A stretch of 64,000 nt of DNA, taken from Calditrichales bacterium (GTDB lineage: Bacteria; Calditrichota; Calditrichia; Calditrichales; J004). Shown here piece by piece: positions 9,663 through 19,239 of this stretch (positions within the stretch are counted from its first letter, which is position 1; each line of letters starts with the position of its first letter). The notes under the pieces were generated by a model. That model worked only from the letters and a program-made list of their open reading frames with translations. It was not told the origin of the DNA and did no database searches. Both the position numbers and the translations under genes were made by a program. The stretch is from NCBI GenBank assembly GCA_965267575.1, contig OZ254086.1, positions 544,001 to 608,000 of the forward strand. Direction: 5' to 3'.

Positions 9663-10709
9663 TTACGCTTCGGCCTTCCGTGCCATTTCTTTTTTCAGAA
9701 AATCGATGTTTTTAATTTCGTACGGGTCCTGGCGGTTTAGCAAGGCTGTGTAATAGCTGACCCAGTCACCCATTACAATAAGCGAAAACACCTTCTCCAT
9801 AACGCTGCTTCCGGAGGCGTAAATATCAACCACCTCGGCGCCGGCTTTCTTGATAAGCGTTTTGGATAGATCGATGCGCTGGCGGATGCGCTCGGGCAGA
9901 TCTTCATTTTCAAGGAAGATTGCCACCATGTCTTTGTTCAGTTCAGACTGCATCTGCCATCCGACGATCTCGTTGTGGTTCATCTCCGGGATAACGTTGA
10001 AGAAGGCCAGATTTTTGCCGTTTTCGTGTAATTGATTGCTCCAGCGGCGCGAGACGGTTTGCAGGTAAGGCTCGGTGGAATAGATAACCGGGATGCGGTT
10101 GTGGATCTTTTTTGCCAGTTCCTGCGCCAGAACGTGGCCGTCATGTTTGCTGGTGTCATGCAGGCCGATCTCGTGGCGCACAAAATTAACCAGATCATTC
10201 AAATCTTCATGATATTCGGCAAGAAGGCCAGTCTGTCCAAGCGCATGGTATAAGGCGAAAAAAGCAAATCCCAGCGACTGCCGCGGCGGGTACCCTTCCG
10301 GCAATTGCATAAAGGGCCAGCCGTTCTTTTCGCACATCTCTTTCAGGCGGCCGCCGGTGGAGATGGCCATAACCTGCGCGCCACGCTTTTCTATACTCTG
10401 GGCGGCGCTCAGTGTCTCTTCGGTATTGCCGGAATAACTGGATACAATGACCAGGGAATGCTCACTTACAAAGCGCGGCGCCGTGTAGCCACGCACAATT
10501 TGCACCGGTACGGCAAGTTGATCATAAAGCACATCGCGCAACAGATCGCCGGCGATACCGGAACCGCCCATGCCCAGGTAAGCGATATTCTTAACACGGG
10601 AAGTGTCGATTTGCCTGCCCGTTTCAGCCGCTATTTCCCGTGCCCGGGTAATCTGCTTGTAAAAATTGCAGAGCATCTCCTTAAAGCCATGTTTATCCAA
10701 AGAATACAT
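9663..10709 (-). CDS. Bifunctional phosphoglucose/phosphomannose isomerase (SIS domains)
   Basis: GMGGSG, SYSGNTEET, ENGK, PEMNHNEI. Confidence 0.9.
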   Translation of the reverse strand: MYSLDKHGFKEMLCNFYKQITRAREIAAETGRQIDTSRVKNIAYLGMGGSGIAGDLLRDVLYDQLAVPVQIVRGYTAPRFVSEHSLVIVSSYSGNTEETLSAAQSIEKRGAQVMAISTGGRLKEMCEKNGWPFMQLPEGYPPRQSLGFAFFALYHALGQTGLLAEYHEDLNDLVNFVRHEIGLHDTSKHDGHVLAQELAKKIHNRIPVIYSTEPYLQTVSRRWSNQLHENGKNLAFFNVIPEMNHNEIVGWQMQSELNKDMVAIFLENEDLPERIRQRIDLSKTLIKKAGAEVVDIYASGSSVMEKVFSLIVMGDWVSYYTALLNRQDPYEIKNIDFLKKEMARKAEA

Positions 10710-12508
10710 TATGATTTCTCCTCTAATGAAAGATTTAATTGTTCCATATTGTCATTAAAAAAGATCTGGCATTGTTGCTCCACCTGATCCGCGTAGGACA
10801 ATTTAACAACTCGTTGATACAATTGCCCGCAATCTTTGCAATTCAGGTGGCGCACAATGTTTTTTATTAGCGGCACAAACTGCGGGGTCACGCTGAGCAC
10901 ACGCAAACCCATGCCAAGCAGCAGCGGTACCGCTGAGGGCACAGAGGCCATCTCTCCGCAAAGCGACACGGGAATTGAGGCTTTTTCAGCCGCCGCCACT
11001 GTTTGCGCCATAAGCCTGATTACCGCCGGGTCAAACGCGTTGTAGGTTTTCGCCACCTTATTGTTGGTACGGTCCACGGCCAGCACGTATTGCGTCAGAT
11101 CGTTACTGCCGATGCTCAGAAAATCCGCTTTGGTAGCCAGCACATCGGCCATTACCGCGGCGGCTGGCGTTTCAATCATCACCCCCACGCGCACGGAGCA
11201 GGCCGTTTCCACACCTTCGCGCTGCAGTTCATCAAATACATTTTCGATAATTTTACGGGCGCTTTCAAGCTCTGAAACAGATGAAATCATTGGCAGCAAA
11301 AGGTCCAGCTCCTTGCCGCCTGCCGCTCGCATGGCTGCACGCAGCTGGGCACGGAAAACCAACGGGTTATCCAGGCAAAAACGGATCGCCCGCCAGCCCA
11401 GGAAAGGATTGGGCTCCCACTCGGCTTTGTAGCCGTCCAGCAGCTTGTCACCGCCCAGATCGATGGTGCGCAGGATAAGCGGTTTGCTGTCCAGCGCCTT
11501 GTAGAGTTGTTTGTAAATGAGATATTGTTCGTTTTCGTCGGGCAAAGCGCGCCGTTCCAGGAAGAGGGCTTCCGTTCTGTAAAGACCTATGCCATCAGCC
11601 TGAAAGCGTTCCACGTCCTCCACTTCGTGGGCAAATTCCACGTTAGCCATGACGCGTATCTCAACACCATCTGCAGAAACGCAATCTTTGCCAACGCCGG
11701 CCAACAGCATCCGGTCCCTGTGCTCGCGCCGCTTCTTCAGCTCGCGGTAATGCTGCAGTGTTACCTTGTCCGGGTTTATGACAATATCGCCGCTAAAGCC
11801 ATCGACAATCACCATATCCCTGTTTTTTATGACGGTGGAGAGATTGTTACCGTTGACGATAGCCGGAATGTTCAAGCCCCGGGCCAAAATGGCGGTGTGT
11901 GACGTGGCGCCGCCATGGTCGGTTAACAATCCCAAAATAAGATTACGGTTGAAATTTACGGTATCTGTTGGTGAAAGATCTTCGGCAACCACCACGCCGG
12001 GGTAGTTGAGTTGATAATTTATCTCGCGCCCCAGCAAGGCCAGAACCAGCTTCTGTTTAAGGTCGATTATATCAAAGGCGCGATCACGGAAAAACTTGTT
12101 TTCCAGATTGATGAAGTGTTCCGATTTTGCCGACAGAACGGCATTGACGGCGTGGGCCGCGGAGATGTTTTTTTTGTCGATCTCATCGTGTATCTCATCT
12201 ATCAGTGTCTGATCGGAAAGGAAAGCTTTCTGGCTCTCAAAGATGCCGCTAAATTCAACGCCGTAGGATTTTTCGCTGATACCGTTGGCATACTCCAGTT
12301 GCTCAAGCACTTTTTTTAGCGCCGCGGCAAAAAGCGTCTTTTCGCTTTTGCTGTCTATTTTGGCAGGATTGAATTCCTGAAGATTTATAGAGTAGGGTTT
12401 AAAAACATAAGCCGGTCCAATGGCGATACCGGGGGCTGTTGCACTGCCCCGTACCAGAATCATGCGCTTTTCCGGCACCGCCAGATTTGTTCCGCTTTTA
12501 CTCTTCAT
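10709..12508 (-). CDS. ptsI: PTS enzyme I
   Basis: GGATSHTAILAR phospho-His, GLYRTE, NPFLGWRAIR, SIGSNDLTQY, CGE. Confidence 0.96.
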   Translation of the reverse strand: MKSKSGTNLAVPEKRMILVRGSATAPGIAIGPAYVFKPYSINLQEFNPAKIDSKSEKTLFAAALKKVLEQLEYANGISEKSYGVEFSGIFESQKAFLSDQTLIDEIHDEIDKKNISAAHAVNAVLSAKSEHFINLENKFFRDRAFDIIDLKQKLVLALLGREINYQLNYPGVVVAEDLSPTDTVNFNRNLILGLLTDHGGATSHTAILARGLNIPAIVNGNNLSTVIKNRDMVIVDGFSGDIVINPDKVTLQHYRELKKRREHRDRMLLAGVGKDCVSADGVEIRVMANVEFAHEVEDVERFQADGIGLYRTEALFLERRALPDENEQYLIYKQLYKALDSKPLILRTIDLGGDKLLDGYKAEWEPNPFLGWRAIRFCLDNPLVFRAQLRAAMRAAGGKELDLLLPMISSVSELESARKIIENVFDELQREGVETACSVRVGVMIETPAAAVMADVLATKADFLSIGSNDLTQYVLAVDRTNNKVAKTYNAFDPAVIRLMAQTVAAAEKASIPVSLCGEMASVPSAVPLLLGMGLRVLSVTPQFVPLIKNIVRHLNCKDCGQLYQRVVKLSYADQVEQQCQIFFNDNMEQLNLSLEEKS

Positions 12509-12764
12509 AGAATCTTTTGCTGAATAATTCTTTCAAATCGTCAAAAGCTTCCTGCTCATCCTCTCCATCCACCTGTAAGGTTACCTCGCTGCCCGGTTCC
12601 GCGGCCAGCATCATAACACCCATAATGCTTTTGGCATTTACCTCAAGGCCGTCTTTAAACAGCTTTACTTCAGATTTATATTTGCCCGCAACCTTTACCA
12701 GGTGTGCGGCGGGACGCGCGTGTAATCCGTGTTTATTGTCAATTTTCAATGTAGCTTCAATCAT
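12498..12764 (-). CDS. ptsH: HPr phosphocarrier
   Basis: GLHARPAA (His15) and NAKSIMG (Ser46). Confidence 0.96.
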   Translation of the reverse strand: MIEATLKIDNKHGLHARPAAHLVKVAGKYKSEVKLFKDGLEVNAKSIMGVMMLAAEPGSEVTLQVDGEDEQEAFDDLKELFSKRFYEE

Positions 12765-13522
12765 AATCCGTATACCATACCCGCTAATATGGCCAACGCC
12801 AGCGGCAGCAACATCGCATGATAGCTCATCGACTTACGCCTCTTGAGAAACGCTGCGATCAGTGCGCTGCCGGCAAAGACAATCGGCCCCATAATATTTG
12901 TTTGATAAGATTCCAAAATAACGATACCGCCAATGATGCCCAGAGAAACCGCCCCGAGCCAGCGATATAACCCCAATTTCGAAAAGTGTTCGCTCTTTAA
13001 TGCGCGACTAACCCCAAAGCCCAGTTCATACCCCTGAGAGAGACCCTGCCAGCGTGTGTGGAGGTGCGGCAGATTGTAAAGAATAAACAAAAGGGCCAGA
13101 AAAATCAAACGCCATTTTGCATCTTCGAAAAGAAGCAGTCCGGCCACGGCAAATGCCAGCGTCGCCGGCCTGATAATCGCCCAGTAATAGCCGTCGCCCA
13201 AAGCACCCAGCGGCCCGATCAGCGCTGATTTTAGTTTCTCTATTTTCTCCGGTGATAATGCAGGGTCCTCCTGGCGGTCTGTTTCCAAGCGGCTTACCGA
13301 GCCCAGCGCGAAGGCGGCAAAATAAGGATGCGCGTTAAAAAAATTGAGCTGCCGGCGCATGAACGCATTGTACTTTTCAATATCGCCGCCGTATAACCTG
13401 CGCGCCAGGGGCACAAGCGCAAAACAAAACCCTAACGAGATCAGGCTTTTAAAATTCCAGCCATTCTGAATAAAGAACGAACGCAGGAAAACAGCCAGCT
13501 TTAAGTGTAAAGGCATTTTCAT
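12761..13522 (-). CDS. PTS mannose/fructose/sorbose family IID component
   Basis: RSFFIQNGWNF, FFNAHPY, LIGPLGALGD; start moved to ATG 13522, which overlaps the IIC stop (ATGA). Confidence 0.88.
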   Translation of the reverse strand: MKMPLHLKLAVFLRSFFIQNGWNFKSLISLGFCFALVPLARRLYGGDIEKYNAFMRRQLNFFNAHPYFAAFALGSVSRLETDRQEDPALSPEKIEKLKSALIGPLGALGDGYYWAIIRPATLAFAVAGLLLFEDAKWRLIFLALLFILYNLPHLHTRWQGLSQGYELGFGVSRALKSEHFSKLGLYRWLGAVSLGIIGGIVILESYQTNIMGPIVFAGSALIAAFLKRRKSMSYHAMLLPLALAILAGMVYGL

Positions 13523-14211
13523 ACTAAACTCTTCATGATCAGGATTGTCAGGATAACCGATAACAGGAAGACACCGCGATATTTGTTTGCCCGCCACAAA
13601 ATGATAATAAGACCAACTCCGGTCCCCCAAATTGCAGGTTCCACAAATGCCCACAGGTGATTATAGTTGCTGTCGGCGAATGTGCCAATCCAGTTTAGAA
13701 GCGCGTGGCCGGCAAAGATGGCAACAATAAGCATCAGAACATTCGTTATAAACTGTGTAAACAAAGCAGCGGCAAACGGCCCGTTTACCGAGATCTTTTT
13801 TGTGTTGTCCATCGGTTTGTCCAGGATAGCATTTACAAAGTGGAGATTTGCTTTAAAGACCACATGGTTTACATCGGTCATTACATGGCTTAGTAAAATG
13901 ATGTAAAGCGTACACAGCAAAAGCAGCAAATGCCCAAAAACGCTGAACGCATCGTGGTGTACCGTAAACAGCACGCCGCCCGCCACGGCCGCCAGTTCAC
14001 TGTCCGGAACGCGGGTGGTGCCCACGGGAAGGTGCCCGGGCCACAGCAATTGGATCGTCATGCCGAAATAGAGCGCCGGTATTAGTGCATCATACCATAG
14101 ACCTATAAAGGCGCAGGTGAATACGGGCTGACTGATATTAAATTGAAAAACCTGCTTTTGGTCGAGACAAATGAGACCAAAAAGCAGGCTGATGCTTACG
14201 ATTTCCCACAT
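13519..14211 (-). CDS. PTS mannose-family IIC component (divergent)
   Basis: LD...QFNISQP...QLLWPGHLPVG..VPD; hydrophobic; lies next to IID. Confidence 0.8.
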   Translation of the reverse strand: MWEIVSISLLFGLICLDQKQVFQFNISQPVFTCAFIGLWYDALIPALYFGMTIQLLWPGHLPVGTTRVPDSELAAVAGGVLFTVHHDAFSVFGHLLLLLCTLYIILLSHVMTDVNHVVFKANLHFVNAILDKPMDNTKKISVNGPFAAALFTQFITNVLMLIVAIFAGHALLNWIGTFADSNYNHLWAFVEPAIWGTGVGLIIILWRANKYRGVFLLSVILTILIMKSLV

Positions 14212-14238
14212 AGTCTAAAACTTATTCAGGCGATCCGT

Positions 14239-17070
14239 TTAATCCAGTTTAACAGGTACAACAGTTTGCAAGCCGCTGTTACCGATATTGTTGAGAATGA
14301 ATGAACCAAATAATTGAAAGCCATCCGGGGTGCGTGGAATTTCCTTATCAAAGAAAAAGTAGACATCCTTTTCCACATTGGGATAGAAATTTACATATTG
14401 CCGTTGTATACGCGGCTGATCAAAAAAGATGTGCTTTTCTTCCAGGCCGGCCTGCCAGCTCAGGTCCTCGTCGTTTACAAAGGCGGGCACCATCTCCAGG
14501 ATGAAACTCCCGGAATAGGGCGGCGAAAACTCCATGTCGATTTCATTATAGGTCAGCGCGTCTTTTTCAAGGCTGTTTCCCTCAAAATCTTTTATGTTCA
14601 GCGAAAAATCGGTGATACGCTGAAAATCCGCCTCATCCAGGGCGAAATGAAACTTAACCGTTTTGATACTGCTGCCCACTGTAAAACTATACTGATAAAT
14701 ACTTTCGTCACTCGTAATAGATTGTTCCTTTACAATGCCTTCCAAGGCCCCCTGCATCAGCGCCTTGTATGGCACACCAAACAGGTTATTGACCAAAACA
14801 TGGCCGCTGGCGTCCTGCCCCACCGGTATCTGGATATCTCGGATTACAGGCGGGTTGCTTTCGAGGCCGCCGCTGGAAACGGAAATATCGCAGCGCGCAT
14901 CCCGGCTGTTTTGAAAAGAGGCATACAGCACGATTTCCCAGATTCCGGGCATCAGCTCCTCGTCGTTCAGTCGCAGCAGCGCCTCATCGCGGTAACGCGT
15001 GTCCAGCGTAACGGCATCGTTTACCTGGCGCCCATAGGGATCAAAGCTGTAAGCGGTTATGGAAATATTATCACTTTTGCTGCGCAGTTCGGCAGCAAAG
15101 GAACTGGCCGCCGGCGGCACATCAACAAAAATCCGTCTGATCTCTCCCGGCGCGAGCGGCACATCCGGCAAACTGGTTTGATAGCCGTTTTCAGCGTTAT
15201 GCCGGTAAGGAATAATAACCGTGTAGGAGAGATCAAAGGCGGCGTTCTCCGGACTGTTTGATGAAAACAGGCCGCCTTTTTCGTAGCCGGTGATGGTCGC
15301 GCTGTATAGCCCCGGTTCAGTAAGCGCCCCGGGCAGGCAATAGGCATCGAACACGGCCGGCGAAGTGCCTTTCATATAAACATTTTTCTGGATTGTTTTT
15401 AGCCACGGTGCGCTGCTTTCCAGGCGGAAGGCACGATAGAAATCTTTTTTGCTGTCCACGGTGAGCGCCTGCCGGAACTGCGGATTGATGTAAAGAGTCT
15501 GCGGATCGTCTTTTTGCGGGAAATAGCCACCCAACCTCCAGTACCCGGCTGGGCCGCTCTCATCCCTAAAAAAGGGGCTGAGCGTACGAACCGAATAGCC
15601 GCTATGCATAGTATCCTTTTGTGATACATAAGCCCGCAATAACCGATAAGCCGCGGGCACATCCACAACGCCGCGTCCCTGGTCCAGCACGGTGACATCT
15701 GTTAACGGTTTGGCGGAGAAGCGCAGCGCTTTTTTCACCTGCCAGGCGAGTATATCCGAGGCATCATCGAAGGCGGAAAGTATTAGCGCTGCTGCACCCG
15801 CTACCTGCGGCGAGGCCATGCTTGTGCCCCACTTGTTCTCACGGTAGGAATAGGGCGGCACTGCCGAAGAAGCTGCACCCGGCGCCAACACGTCCGGCTT
15901 AAAAACCTCTCCGCCGCGTGAGCTGAATTGGAAAACGACATCCCTGTCCAGGGCCGGGGCCCCGTAAATATCGCGCGCGTTGTCCGCCGTGTTCAACGCG
16001 CCAACGGTGATTGCCCGTTCAGCTGCGGCAGGCAGGCCAACCGTGGAAAGACCGGGTCCTTCGTTGGCGGCACTGATGCACATCACGATATTGGGGTTGT
16101 CTTCCAGCATGGCGTTAATGCGGTACTCCATCAGCGCGCGGCCTTCCTCCGCAGAACCAATGCCGTAGCTCATATTCAGAATAACCGGTCCGTCAAAATC
16201 ACGGGCGTATTCCATGGCATGCTCCAGCGCGTCGTTCATGCTGCCGGTAATTGTGGAGCCGCCGGAAAGACTGTTATCTCCGATTTTAAGGCTTAAAAGC
16301 TGAGCACCAGGCGCGATACCGTCCAAACCCTCCTGCCCGTTGATGCGATAACCGGCGGCTATACCGGCTACATGTGTACCGTGGCCGTTTGCGTCGAAGT
16401 GGAAATTAACTTTTTGTTTTTCGGGATAAATTTTGAGAGCAAAGTTTAGCGGATATTGGCTGTAGCGTTTTCCGGAGGAGCGGAATGTAAAAGCTTCGCG
16501 GCTGATACTGTAATCACTCATGATACTTTCATCGTGCAGCTGGCCGTCGGCATCCAGGTCAACCAACGCCTGCCACACGCCGCTTTCGTCATTTTGAAAA
16601 ATGACTACTCCAAAGCGGTCGTCGTTTCTGTTATTGAGATTGATATCGGTAACGTTGGTATTGCGAAAGCGCTTTTCATCCAAAGCACCAATGTAAAAAA
16701 CCGAATCACGCACGGGCAGGGCGAGCAAATCGATACCGTAAAGCCTTAAACCGTCCCCGGTTTCCAGGTATTTTTCTTCATTCTCCGATTGCTGTTCAGC
16801 AAAATCCAAATAAACATCGCCCTCACCGCTGAAATCCTCTACGTCAATGATCTTCTTGCTGCTGTCCGGCAACATGACCAGGCCGGGGGCTCCGCAATCA
16901 ATGCCGCTATCAAGAATAACGATAAGCGTTCCGCGGCCGTCGCCATTGGGGTTTTGACGCAGAAAATCCTGCGCGCCGATGCGTGATGTGTTTAAAAAGC
17001 TCCAGCCCGGCTTCTGGGCAGAGCAAACGGAAAAAACAATCAAAAAAATGAATAATACGCGAGCAGGCAT
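14239..17070 (-). CDS. Secreted S8 peptidase, tripeptidyl-peptidase II-like
   Basis: Catalytic triad DSGID / HGTHVAGI / GTSMASP; long insert between Asp and His; SLKIGD; signal peptide. Confidence 0.88.
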   Translation of the reverse strand: MPARVLFIFLIVFSVCSAQKPGWSFLNTSRIGAQDFLRQNPNGDGRGTLIVILDSGIDCGAPGLVMLPDSSKKIIDVEDFSGEGDVYLDFAEQQSENEEKYLETGDGLRLYGIDLLALPVRDSVFYIGALDEKRFRNTNVTDINLNNRNDDRFGVVIFQNDESGVWQALVDLDADGQLHDESIMSDYSISREAFTFRSSGKRYSQYPLNFALKIYPEKQKVNFHFDANGHGTHVAGIAAGYRINGQEGLDGIAPGAQLLSLKIGDNSLSGGSTITGSMNDALEHAMEYARDFDGPVILNMSYGIGSAEEGRALMEYRINAMLEDNPNIVMCISAANEGPGLSTVGLPAAAERAITVGALNTADNARDIYGAPALDRDVVFQFSSRGGEVFKPDVLAPGAASSAVPPYSYRENKWGTSMASPQVAGAAALILSAFDDASDILAWQVKKALRFSAKPLTDVTVLDQGRGVVDVPAAYRLLRAYVSQKDTMHSGYSVRTLSPFFRDESGPAGYWRLGGYFPQKDDPQTLYINPQFRQALTVDSKKDFYRAFRLESSAPWLKTIQKNVYMKGTSPAVFDAYCLPGALTEPGLYSATITGYEKGGLFSSNSPENAAFDLSYTVIIPYRHNAENGYQTSLPDVPLAPGEIRRIFVDVPPAASSFAAELRSKSDNISITAYSFDPYGRQVNDAVTLDTRYRDEALLRLNDEELMPGIWEIVLYASFQNSRDARCDISVSSGGLESNPPVIRDIQIPVGQDASGHVLVNNLFGVPYKALMQGALEGIVKEQSITSDESIYQYSFTVGSSIKTVKFHFALDEADFQRITDFSLNIKDFEGNSLEKDALTYNEIDMEFSPPYSGSFILEMVPAFVNDEDLSWQAGLEEKHIFFDQPRIQRQYVNFYPNVEKDVYFFFDKEIPRTPDGFQLFGSFILNNIGNSGLQTVVPVKLD

Positions 17071-17130
17071 AGTGCTTCTGTTCCGGAGTTAGATTGTCAG
17101 CAAGAATATACGGAAGAGAGGATAAAGATA

Positions 17131-17982
17131 TTAGTTTTTTGCCAGATTTTGCGACGCGGCATCGCGGGCACAACGAAAGCCCAGAAAATCGAAACGAACA
17201 CCCCGGTCGTAATACGTGCGGTGTGATACACGCATATATTTGCCGCTGCGGTTCCAGGAAGCACCACGCACAACCTTGTAACGACCTTCATCAGGCCCTT
17301 CAGGATCTCTTTCGGCAATTTGCGAATAATTATCGGCGTACCAGTCCGCGCACCACTCCAACACGTTGCCGTTCATATCGTGGATGCCGAATGTATTGGG
17401 CCGAAACATGGCAACGGGACAGGTGAAAATATAGCCGTCGTCATAGCCCTTAACCACCGGGAAATGGAATTTATAGCGTTTCATCGATTCGTCGGCGATG
17501 TTTTCGTAGTTGCGGGTGTACATATCGTTGCCGCTGTTTTCGAATGTAAAAGTGTAGGGATTGTCTCCACCTCGCGCGGCGTATTCCCACTCGGCTTCCG
17601 TGGGCAGTCGCTTGCCGGCCCAGCGCGCGTAAGCATCAGCGTCTTTCCAGGAAACATTCACCACGGGATGGTGGGGCCGGTTCCAGTCCGGCTGCTTGGG
17701 CATCTTGTAGCCGGTGGCATCGCAAAAAGCGCCAAACTCGGCAACCGTTACTTCCGTTTTATCCAGAAAGAATGATTTTACATACACGCGTTTCACGGGT
17801 CGCTCATTGGCCACTTGCTTGGAGCCCAGGTTGAACCAGCCGCCGGGAATAAGCATCATACCGTCTTCTTCAACAAAGACGGGGCTTTGGTTTTCCTGCT
17901 GCTCAGATTCGGCTTTATCAAAGAGGCTCCACTGGCAGGAAGATACGATCAATAATGTGCAGATAAGAAAAATTATGCGCAT
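17131..17982 (-). CDS. FGE-sulfatase (SUMF1/GldK-like) domain lipoprotein
   Basis: Lipobox VSSC; RLPTEAEWEYAARG, DMNGNVLEW, GFRC. Confidence 0.88.
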   Translation of the reverse strand: MRIIFLICTLLIVSSCQWSLFDKAESEQQENQSPVFVEEDGMMLIPGGWFNLGSKQVANERPVKRVYVKSFFLDKTEVTVAEFGAFCDATGYKMPKQPDWNRPHHPVVNVSWKDADAYARWAGKRLPTEAEWEYAARGGDNPYTFTFENSGNDMYTRNYENIADESMKRYKFHFPVVKGYDDGYIFTCPVAMFRPNTFGIHDMNGNVLEWCADWYADNYSQIAERDPEGPDEGRYKVVRGASWNRSGKYMRVSHRTYYDRGVRFDFLGFRCARDAASQNLAKN

Positions 17983-18021
17983 TTGAGATGTTTCTTGTTA
18001 TTCCTTTAGTCAGGCTATCGG

Positions 18022-18047
18022 AAAAAAAACCGGGCCGTTAAGCCCGG
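18022..18047 (-). terminator. Intrinsic terminator of mrp
   Basis: ccgggc/gcccgg hairpin plus U-run on the minus strand. Confidence 0.7.
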
Positions 18048-18078
18048 CTATCTCAAACGCAGAAATCTGAACAGCTTT

Positions 18079-19131
18079 TTATTTTGCGGATTCCAGGGCT
18101 TCCAGTTTTTTCTTAACCGTAGCGGCCGCATCCATAAAGGCCTTGCTTTGCGCGCTATCCGGATCGCCGGCAACGATGGGCACACCTTTGTCCCCGCCAA
18201 CACGGATCGCCGTATCGAGCGGTATTTCGCCCAGCAGCTCGGTGTTAAGGCTTTCGCAGGTCTTGCGCACACCACCGTGATCGAAGATATCGCTGCGCTC
18301 GCCGCAATGCGGGCAGGAGAAATAGCTCATATTTTCGATGATACCCATAATGGGCACGTTGACTTTGCGGAACATCTGCACGCCTTTCACCGCATCGAGC
18401 AGGGCCACATTCTGCGGCGTTGAGACAATGATGGCACCGTCCAGCGCGACAGTTTGGGAAAGAGTTAACTGGGCGTCTCCTGTTCCCGGCGGCATGTCAA
18501 ATACGATAACATCCAGACCGTCCCAGTTCACATCGTTCATAAGCTGCTGCAACGCCCGTGTAACCAGCGCTCCCCGCCAAATGACAGGATCATTCTGGTC
18601 TACCAAAAAGCCCAGCGACATCAGGTTAACACCATATTTGTGAATGGGATGCAGCTTGCGACCGTCAAAAGCGGGCTGTTCTTTAATGTCAAACATCACG
18701 GGAATGCTGGGTCCGTAAATGTCGGCATCGAGCAGGCCGGTTTTCATGCCCATTTTGGCCAGGGCCAGGGCCAGATTTACCGCCACCGTCGATTTGCCAA
18801 CACCACCTTTTCCGGAGGCCACGGCAATCTTGTACTTCACGTTGGGCAGAAGCATTTGCCGCTGCTGGCCGCCCTGAATCTGACCGGGCGCCTGCACCTG
18901 CACATCCACGGAAACCTGCGCACCGGAAAAATCCTTGCCCAACACACTTTCAATTTCACTTTGCAGCGCCTGGCTCACCTTGGGATCCTGACTTTTAAGG
19001 ACAAGCCCCACGTGAATGGCGTTGCCTTCAACTTCAAGTTGCTGGACAATCCCAAACGATACAATGTCCCTGCTGAAACCGGGGTAGTTTATTTTTTTCA
19101 ACGATTCTAAGATTTGCTCTTTGCTGGCCAT
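18079..19131 (-). CDS. mrp: Mrp/ApbC Fe-S cluster carrier ATPase
   Basis: SGKGGVGKST, DADIYGPS, DMPPGTGD, ENMS..CPHC; start set at MASKEQ, which has an RBS. Confidence 0.93.
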   Translation of the reverse strand: MASKEQILESLKKINYPGFSRDIVSFGIVQQLEVEGNAIHVGLVLKSQDPKVSQALQSEIESVLGKDFSGAQVSVDVQVQAPGQIQGGQQRQMLLPNVKYKIAVASGKGGVGKSTVAVNLALALAKMGMKTGLLDADIYGPSIPVMFDIKEQPAFDGRKLHPIHKYGVNLMSLGFLVDQNDPVIWRGALVTRALQQLMNDVNWDGLDVIVFDMPPGTGDAQLTLSQTVALDGAIIVSTPQNVALLDAVKGVQMFRKVNVPIMGIIENMSYFSCPHCGERSDIFDHGGVRKTCESLNTELLGEIPLDTAIRVGGDKGVPIVAGDPDSAQSKAFMDAAATVKKKLEALESAK

Positions 19132-19156
19132 CTTGTATGTCCTTTCCTTTATAAAC

Positions 19157-19190
19157 AAAAAATGCCTGACGAAAAAATCGTCAAGCATTT
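19157..19190 (-). terminator. Intrinsic terminator-like hairpin
   Basis: aaatgcctgacga-aaaaa-tcgtcaagcattt with U-run on the minus strand. Confidence 0.6.
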
Positions 19191-19239
19191 AAATTAACAA
19201 AAAAAACAATCAGATAAAGTATTTAGAGAAACGCAGAGA

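Noticed and set aside
17131-17290. FGE/CLec C terminus as a diversity-generating retroelement target
   Set aside because: No template repeat or reverse transcriptase seen in the window; a remote DGR cannot be excluded.
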